In this document: positions 8,501 through 15,916 of the stretch, piece after piece
How positions within the stretch are numbered: position 1 is the first letter of the stretch
How the letters are laid out: each line of letters begins with the position of its first letter
The notes under the pieces: generated by a model
What the model was told of the DNA's origin: nothing
The model's input: the letters and a program-made list of their open reading frames with translations, nothing else
Database searches by the model: none
Position numbers and translations under genes: made by a program
Assembly (NCBI GenBank): GCA_012295275.1
Contig: SMMR01000019.1
Coordinates: 1 to 15,916, forward strand
From: Chrysomallon squamiferum
Taxonomy: Eukaryota; Animalia; Mollusca
Direction: 5' to 3'
DNA: 15,916 nucleotides

Positions 8501-11500
8501 GGGTATGTGCGCCCGATTTTTTTTCCCACGTGCACAGAAAAAGTTATTGCACTTTGAAAAGGTACCCCTAGCATTTTCAACGAAACTTGAAAAAATTCGA
8601 TTTTCAAAAGTTGAAAATCCGTGTGGCACTATTCCGTGCGGTCGGGAAAAATATTTTTCAACGTGTGCAAAAGGTGCGCGCGCCGTCGGGGCGAGTGTGG
8701 CAAAATCGTTTCCAACATTTTCCAAAGGTGCTGCACCTTTAGAAAATGCGTTTGAAAAAAAACGAGCAAATTTTCAAAAATATGTTTTTTTTTTTTGTGC
8801 ACGTGTCGGAAACGAGTTGTTCCCTTGGGGGGGCGTGCGGCACTTTTTTCACCCGTGTAGGGCAACCCTTGCCCCACTTTTGGGTATGTGCGCCCGATTT
8901 TTCCCACGTGCACAAAAAAAAGTTATTGCACTTTGAAAAAAAGGTACCCCTAGCATTTTCAACGAAACTTGAAAAATTCGATTTTCAAAAGTTGAAAATC
9001 CGTGTGGCACTATTCCGTGCGGTCGGGAAAAATATTTCAACGCAAAAAAAAAAGGTGCGCGCCGTCGGGGCGAGTGTGGCAAAATCGTTTCCAACATTTT
9101 CCAAAGGTGCTGCACCTTTAGAAAATGCGTTTGAAAAAAAAAAACGAGCAAATTTTCAAAAAAATATGTGCGTTTTTTTTTGTGCACGTGTCGGAAACGA
9201 GTTGTTCCCCTTTGGGTGGGGCGTGCGGCACTTTTCACCCGTGTAGGGCAACCCTTGCCCCTTTTTTTTTGGGTATGTGCGCCCGATTTTTCCCACGTGC
9301 ACAGAAAAAGTTATTGCACTTTGAAAAGGTACCCCTAGCATTTTCAACGAAACTTGAAAAAATTCGATTTTCAAAAAGTTGAAAATCCGTGTGGCACTGT
9401 TCCGTGCGGTCGGGAAAAATATTTCAACGTGTGCAAAAGGTGCGCGCCGTCGGGGCGAGTGTGGCAAAATCGTTTCCAACATTTTCCAAAGGTGCTGCAC
9501 CTTTAGAAAATGCGTTTGAAAAAAAAAAAACGAGCAAATTTTCAAAAAAAATATGTTTTTTTTTGTGCACGTGTCGGAAACGAGTTGTTCCCCTTGGGTG
9601 GGGCGTGCGGCACTTTTCACCCGTGTAGGGCAACCCTTGCCCCACTTTTGGGTATGTGCGCCCGATTTTTCCCACGTGCACAGAAAAAGTTATTGCACTT
9701 TGAAAAAGGTACCCCTAGCATTTTCAACGAAACTTGAAAAAATTCGATTTTCAAAAGTTGAAAATCCGTGTGGCACTATTCCGTGCGGTCGGGAAAAATA
9801 TTTCAACGTGTGCAAAAAGGTGCGCGCGCCGGGGGGCGAGGTGGCAAAATCGTTTCCAACATTTTCCAAAGGTGCTGCACCTTTAGAAAATGCGTTTGAA
9901 AAAACGAGCAAATTTTCAAAAAAATATGTGCGTTTTTTGTGCACGTGTCGGAAACGAGTTGTTCCCCTTTGGGGGGCGTGCGGCACTTTTCACCCGTGTA
10001 GGGCAACCCCTTGCCCCACTTTTTGGGTATGTGCGCCCGATTTTTCCCACGTGCACAGAAAAAGTTATTGCACTTTGAAAAAGGTACCCCTAGCATTTTC
10101 AACGAAACTTGAAAAAATTCGATTTTCAAAAGTTGAAAATCCGTGTGGCACTATTCCGTGCGGTCGGGAAAAATATTTCAACGTGTGCAAAAGGTGCGCG
10201 CCGTCGGGGCGAAAGGTGGCAAAATCGTTTCCAACATTTTCCAAAGGTGCTGCACCTTTAGAAAATGCGTTTGAAAAAAAAAAAACGAGCAAATTTTCAA
10301 AAATATGTGCGTTTTTTTTTGTGCACGTGTCGGAAACGAGTTGTTCCCTGGGGGGGCGTGCGGCACTTTTCACCCGTGTAGGGGCAACCCTTGCCCCACT
10401 TTTGGGTAGTGCGCCCGATTTTTTCCCACGTGCACAGAAAAAGTTATTGCACTTTGAAAAAAAAGGTACCCCTAGCATTTTCAACGAAACTTGAAAAATT
10501 CGATTTTCAAAAGTTGAAAAAATCCGTGTGGCACTATTCCGTGCGGTCGGGAAAAATATTTCAACGTGTGCAAAAGGTGCGCGCCGTCGGGGCGAGTGTG
10601 GCAAAATCGTTTCCAACATTTTCCAAAGGTGCTGCACCTTTAGAAAATGCGTTTGAAAAAAAAACGAGCAAATTTTCAAAAATATGTGCGTTTTTTGTGC
10701 ACGTGTCGGAAACGAGTTGTTCCCTTTGGGGGGCGTGCGGCACTTTTCACCCCGTAGGGCAACCCCCCCCCACTTTTGGGTATGTGCGCCCGATTTTTCC
10801 CACGTGCACAGAAAAAGTTATTGCACTTTGAAAAAGGTACCCCTAGCATTTTCAACGAAACTTGAAAAAATTCGATTTTCAAAAGTTGAAAATCCGTGTG
10901 GCACTATTCCGTGCGGTCGGGAAAAATATTTCAACGTGTGCAAAAGGTGCGCGCCGTCGGGGGGGCGAGTGTGGCAAAATCGTTTCCAACATTTTCCAAA
11001 GGTGCTGCACCTTTAGAAAATGCGTTTTGAAAAAAAAAAAAAACGAAATTTCAAAAAAAAAAAAATATGTGTTTTTTTGTGCACGTGTCGGAAACGAGTT
11101 GTTCCCTTGGGTGGGGCGTGCGGCACTTTTCACCCGTGTAGGGCAACCCTTGCCCCACTTTTTTTGGGTATGTGCGCCCGATTTTTCCCACGTGCACAGA
11201 AAAAGTTATTGCACTTTGAAAAGGTACCCCTAGCATTTTCAACGAAACTTGAAAAAATTCGATTTTCAAAAGTTGAAAATCCGTGTGGCACTATTCCGTG
11301 CGGTCGGAAAAAATATTTCAACGTGTGCAAAAGGTGCGCGCCGTCGGGGCGAGTGTGGCAAAATCGTTTCCAACATTTTCCAAAGGTGCTGCACCTTTAG
11401 AAAATGCGTTTGAAAAAAAAAACGAGCAAATTTCAAAAAAAATATGTGCGTTTTTTTGTGCACGTGTCGGAAACGAGTTGTCCCCTTTGGTGGGCGTGCG

Positions 11501-14500
11501 GCACTTTTCACCCGTGTAGGGCAACCCTTGCCCCTTTTTTTTGGGTATGTGCGCCCGATTTTTCCCACGTGCACAGAAAAAGTTATTGCACTTGAAAAAA
11601 AAGGTACCCCTAGCATTTTCAACGAAACTTGAAAAAATTCGATTTTCAAAAGTTGAAAATCCGTGTGGCACTATTCCGTGCGGTCGGGAAAAAATATTTC
11701 AACGTGTGCAAAAGGTGCGCGCCGTCGGGGCGAGTGTGGCAAAATCGTTTCCAACATTTTCCAAAGGTGCTGCACCTTTAGAAAATGCGTTTGAAAAAAA
11801 AAAAACGAGCAAATTTCAAAAAATATGTGCGTTTTTTTTTTGTGCACGTGTCGGAAACGAGTTGTTCCCCTTGGGTGGGGCGTGCGGCACTTTTCACCCG
11901 TGTAGGGCAAACCCTTGCCCCTTTTTGGTATGTGCGCCCGATTTTTCCCACAGAAAAAAGTTATTGCACAGAAAAAAAGTTATTGCACTTTGAAAAAGGT
12001 ACCCCTAGCATTTTCAACGAAACTTGAAAAAATTCGATTTTCAAAAGTTGAAAATCCGTGTGGCACTATTCCGTGCAAAAAAAAAAAAAATATTTCAACG
12101 TGCAAAAGGTGCGCGCGCCGTCGGGGCGAGTGTGGCAAAATCGTTTCCAACATTTTCCAAAGGTGCTGCACCTTTAGAAAATGCGAAAAAAAAAAAACGA
12201 GCAAATTTTCAAAAAAATATGTGCGTTTTTGTGCACGTGTCGGAAACGAGTTGTTCCCCTTTGGGTGGGGCGTGCGGCACTTTTTTTCACCCGTAGGGGG
12301 CAACCTTGCCCCTTTTTTTTGGTATGTGCGCCCGATTTTTCCCACGTGCACAGAAAAAGTTATTGCACTGAAAAAAAGGTACCCCTAGCATTTTCAACGA
12401 AACTTGAAAAATTCGATTTTCAAAAGTTGAAAATCCGTGTGGCACTATTCCGTGCGGTCGGGAAAAAAATATTTCAACAAAAGGTGCGCGCAAAAAAGGT
12501 GCGCGCCGTCGGGGGGGCGAGTGTGGCAAAATCGTTTCCAACATTTTCCAAAGGTGCTGCACCTTTAGAAAATGCGTTGAAAAAAAAAAACGAGCAAATT
12601 TTCAAAAAAATATGTTTTTTTTTTGTGCACGTGTCGGAAACGAGTTGTTCCCCTTTGGTGGGGCGTGCGGCACTTTTCACCCGTAGGGGGCAACCCTTGC
12701 CCCCACTTTTTTTATGTGCGCCCGATTTTTTTTCCCCCACGTGCACAAAAAAAGTTATTGCACTTTGAAAAAGGTACCCCTAGCATTTTCAACGAAACTT
12801 GAAAAATTCGATTTTCAAAAGTTGAAAATCCGTGTGGCACTATTCCGTGCGGTCGGGAAAAATATTTCAACGTGTGCAAAAGGTGCGCGCCGTCGGGGGG
12901 GGGGCGAGTGTGGCAAAATCGTTTCCAACATTTTCCAAAGGTGCTGCACCTTAGAAAAAATGCGAAAAAAAAAAAAACGAGCAATTTTCAAAAAAAATAT
13001 GTGCGTTTTTTTGTGCACGTGTCGGAAACGAGTTGTCCCCTGGGGGGGCGTGCGGCACTTTTCACCCGTGTAGGGCAACCCTTGTTTTTTTTGGGTATGT
13101 GCGCCCGATTTTTTTCCCACGCGCACAAAAAGTTATTGCACTTTGAAAAGGTACCCCTAGCATTTTCAACGAAACTTGAAAAATTCGATTTTCAAAAGTT
13201 GAAAATCCGTGTGGCACTATTCCGTGCGGTCGGGAAAAATATTTCAACGTGCAAAAAAAGGCGCGCGCCGTCGGGGCGAGGTGGCAAAATCGTTTCCAAC
13301 ATTTTCCAAAGGTGCTGCACCTTTAGAAAATGCGTTTTCAAAAAAAAAAAAAACGAGCAAATTTTCAAAAATATGTGTTTTTTTTGTGCACGTGTCGGAA
13401 ACGAGTTGTTCCCCTTTGGTGGGGCGTGCGGCACTTTTCACCCGTGTAGGGGGCAACCCTTGCCCCTTTTTTTGGGTATGTGCGCCCGATTTTTTTTCCC
13501 ACGTGCACAGAAAAAGTTATTGCACTTTGAAAAAGGTACCCCTAGCATTTTCAACGAAACTTGAAAAAATTCGATTTTCAAAAGTTGAAAATCCGTGTGG
13601 CACTATTCCGTGCGGTCGGGAAAAATATTTCAACGTGTGCAAAAGGTGCGCGCCGTCGGGGCGAGTGTGGCAAAATCGTTTCCAACATTTTCCAAAGGTG
13701 CTGCACCTTTAGAAAATGCGTTGAAAAAAAAAAAACGAGCAAATTTTCAAAAAATGTGCGTTTTTTGTGCACGTGTCGGAAACGAGTTGTTCCCCTTGGG
13801 TGGGGCGTGCGGCACTTTTCACCCGTGTAGGGCAACCCTTGCCCCACTTTTGGGTATGTGCGCCCGATTTTTCCCACGTGCACAAAAAAGTTATTGCACT
13901 TGAAAAAAAAGGTACCCCTAGCATTTTCAACGAAACTTGAAAAAATTCGATTTTCAAAAGTTGAAAATCCGTGTGGCACTATTCCGTGCGGTCGGGAAAA
14001 ATATTTCAACGTGTGCAAAAGGTGCGCGCCGTCGGGGCGAGTGTGGCAAAATCGTTTCCAACATTTTCCAAAGGTGCTGCACCTTTAGAAAATGCGAAAA
14101 AAAAAACGAGCAAATTTTCAAAAAAATATGCGTTTTTTTTTTGTGCACGTGTCGGAAACGAGTTGTTCCCTTTGGGGTGGGGCGTGCGGCACTTTTCACC
14201 CGTGTAGGGCAACCCTTGCCCCACTTTTTTGGTATGTGCGCCCGATTTTTTTTCCCACGTGCACAGAAAAAGTTATTGCACTTTGAATAAGGTACCCCTA
14301 GCATTTTCAACGAAACTTGAAAAAATTCGATTTTCAAAAGTTGAAAATCCGTGTGGCACTATTCCGTGCGGTCGGGAAAAATATTTCAACGTGTGCAAAA
14401 GGTGCGCGCCGTCGGGGCGAGTGTGGCAAAATCGTTTCCAACATTTTCCAAAGGTGCTGCACCTTTAGAAAAAATGCGTTTGAAAAAAAAAAAACGAGCA

Positions 14501-15916
14501 AATTTTCAAAAATATGTGCGTTTTTTGTGCACGTGTCGGAAACGAGTTGTTCCCTTTGTGGGGCGTGCGGCACTTTTCACCCGTGTAGGGCAACCCTTGC
14601 CCCACTTTTGGGTATGTGCGCCCGATTTTTCCCACGCGCACAGAAAAAGTTATTGCACTTTGAAAAAGGTACCCCTAGCATTTTCAACGAAACTTGAAAA
14701 AATTCGATTTTCAAAAGTTGAAAATCCGTGTGGCACTATTCCGTGCGGTCGGGAAAAATATTTCAACGTGTGCAAAAGGTGCGCGCCGTCGGGGCGAGTG
14801 TGGCAAAATCGTTTCCAACATTTTCCAAAGGTGCTGCACCTTTAGAAAATGCGTTTGAAAAAAAAAAAAAAACGAGCAAATTTTCAAAAAATATGTGCGT
14901 TTTTTGTGCACGTGTCGGAAACGAGTTGTTCCCCTTGGGTGGGCGTGCGGCACTTTTCACCCGTGTAGGGCAACCCTTGCCCCACTTTTGGGTATGTGCG
15001 CCCGATTTTTCCCACGTGCACAGAAAAAGTTATTGCACTTTGAAAAAGGTACCCCTAGCATTTTCAACGAAACTTGAAAAATCTGATTTTCAAAAGTTGA
15101 AAATCCGTGTGGCACTATTCCGTGCGGTCGGGAAAAATATTTCAACGTGTGCAAAAGGTGCGCGCCGTCGGGGCGAGTGTGGCAAAATCGTTTCCAACAT
15201 TTTCCAAAGGTGCTGCACCTTTAGAAAATGCGTTTGAAAAAAAAACGAGCAAATTTTCAAAAATATGTGCGTTTTTTGTGCACGTGTCGGAAACGAGTTG
15301 TTCCCCTTGGGTGGGGCGTGCGGCACTTTTCACCCGTGTAGGGCAACCCTTGCCCCACTTTTGGGTATGTGCGCCCGATTTTTCCCACGCGCACAGAAAA
15401 AGTTATTGCACTTTGAAAAAGGTACCCCTAGCATTTTCAACGAAACTTGAAAAAATTCTGATTTTCAAAAGTTGAAAATCCGTGTGGCACTATTCCGTGC
15501 GGTCGGGAAAAATATTTCAACGTGTGCAAAAGGTGCGCGCCGTCGGGGCGAGGTGGCAAAATCGTTCGTTTCCAACATTTTCCAAAGGTGCTGCACCTTT
15601 AGAAAATGCGTTTGAAAAAAACGAGCAAATTTTCAAAAATATGTGCGTTTTTTGTGCACGTGTCGGAAACGAGTTGTTCCCCTTGGGGGGCGTGCGGCAC
15701 TTTTCACCCGTGTAGGGCAACCCTTGCCCCACTTTTTGGTATGTGCGCCCGATTTTTCCCACGTGCACAGAAAAAGTTATTGCACTTTGAATAAGGTACC
15801 CCTAGCATTTTCAACGAAACTTGAAAAATCTGATTTTCAAAAGTTGAAAATCCGTGTGGCACTATTCCGTGCGGTCGGGAAAAATATTTCAACGTGTGCT
15901 AAAGGTGCGCGCCGTC

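Larger units (their letters stand above)
1..15916. repeat. Tandem array (satellite-like) of ~42 head-to-tail copies of a 374-bp monomer; runs off both ends of the window
   Basis: GGTACC occurs once per unit at 218, 593, 973, 1347, 1724, 2101, 2475, 2851 ... 15048, 15421, 15795 (42 sites, spacings 371-395, mean ~380). All copies have the same orientation. The same 78-aa ORF translation recurs at 1016, 2144, 4033, 5557 and 15090. There is no intervening unique sequence. Confidence 0.99.

Noticed and set aside
16-15892. All listed ORFs (60-313 aa) as protein-coding genes
   Set aside because: They are overlapping six-frame readings of the same unit, broken by run-length indels, rich in K/F from A/T tracts, with no recognisable domain. 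Low TpA content explains the few stops.
1-15916. CRISPR array with the 33-bp palindrome as the repeat
   Set aside because: The intervening ~340 bp are the same in every unit, so there are no unique spacers, and there are no cas genes.

Overview
The whole window is one head-to-tail tandem array of about 42 copies of a single monomer. The modal monomer is 374 bp and about 45% GC; a clean reference copy is 2161-2534. The monomer has one KpnI site, found 42 times from 218 to 15795 with mean spacing about 380 bp. There is no unique flank, no credible protein-coding gene, no rRNA or tRNA, and no CRISPR spacers. The many ORFs are re-readings of the same unit in shifting frames. Copies differ almost only in homopolymer or dinucleotide run length and a few local slippage-type duplications, so much of the variation may be long-read or consensus error around a near-invariant unit. 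The default reading is a highly homogenised satellite-type repeat. A rolling-circle concatemer of a 374-nt circle cannot be excluded from sequence alone. The monomer is highly structured: a 33-bp near-perfect palindrome, a ~130-nt domain closed by a 15-bp inverted repeat with nested hairpins, and eight TTGAAAA/TTTTCAA motifs in strictly alternating orientation. I do not recognise the repeat family or the organism, and I see no direct evidence of a new gene system.
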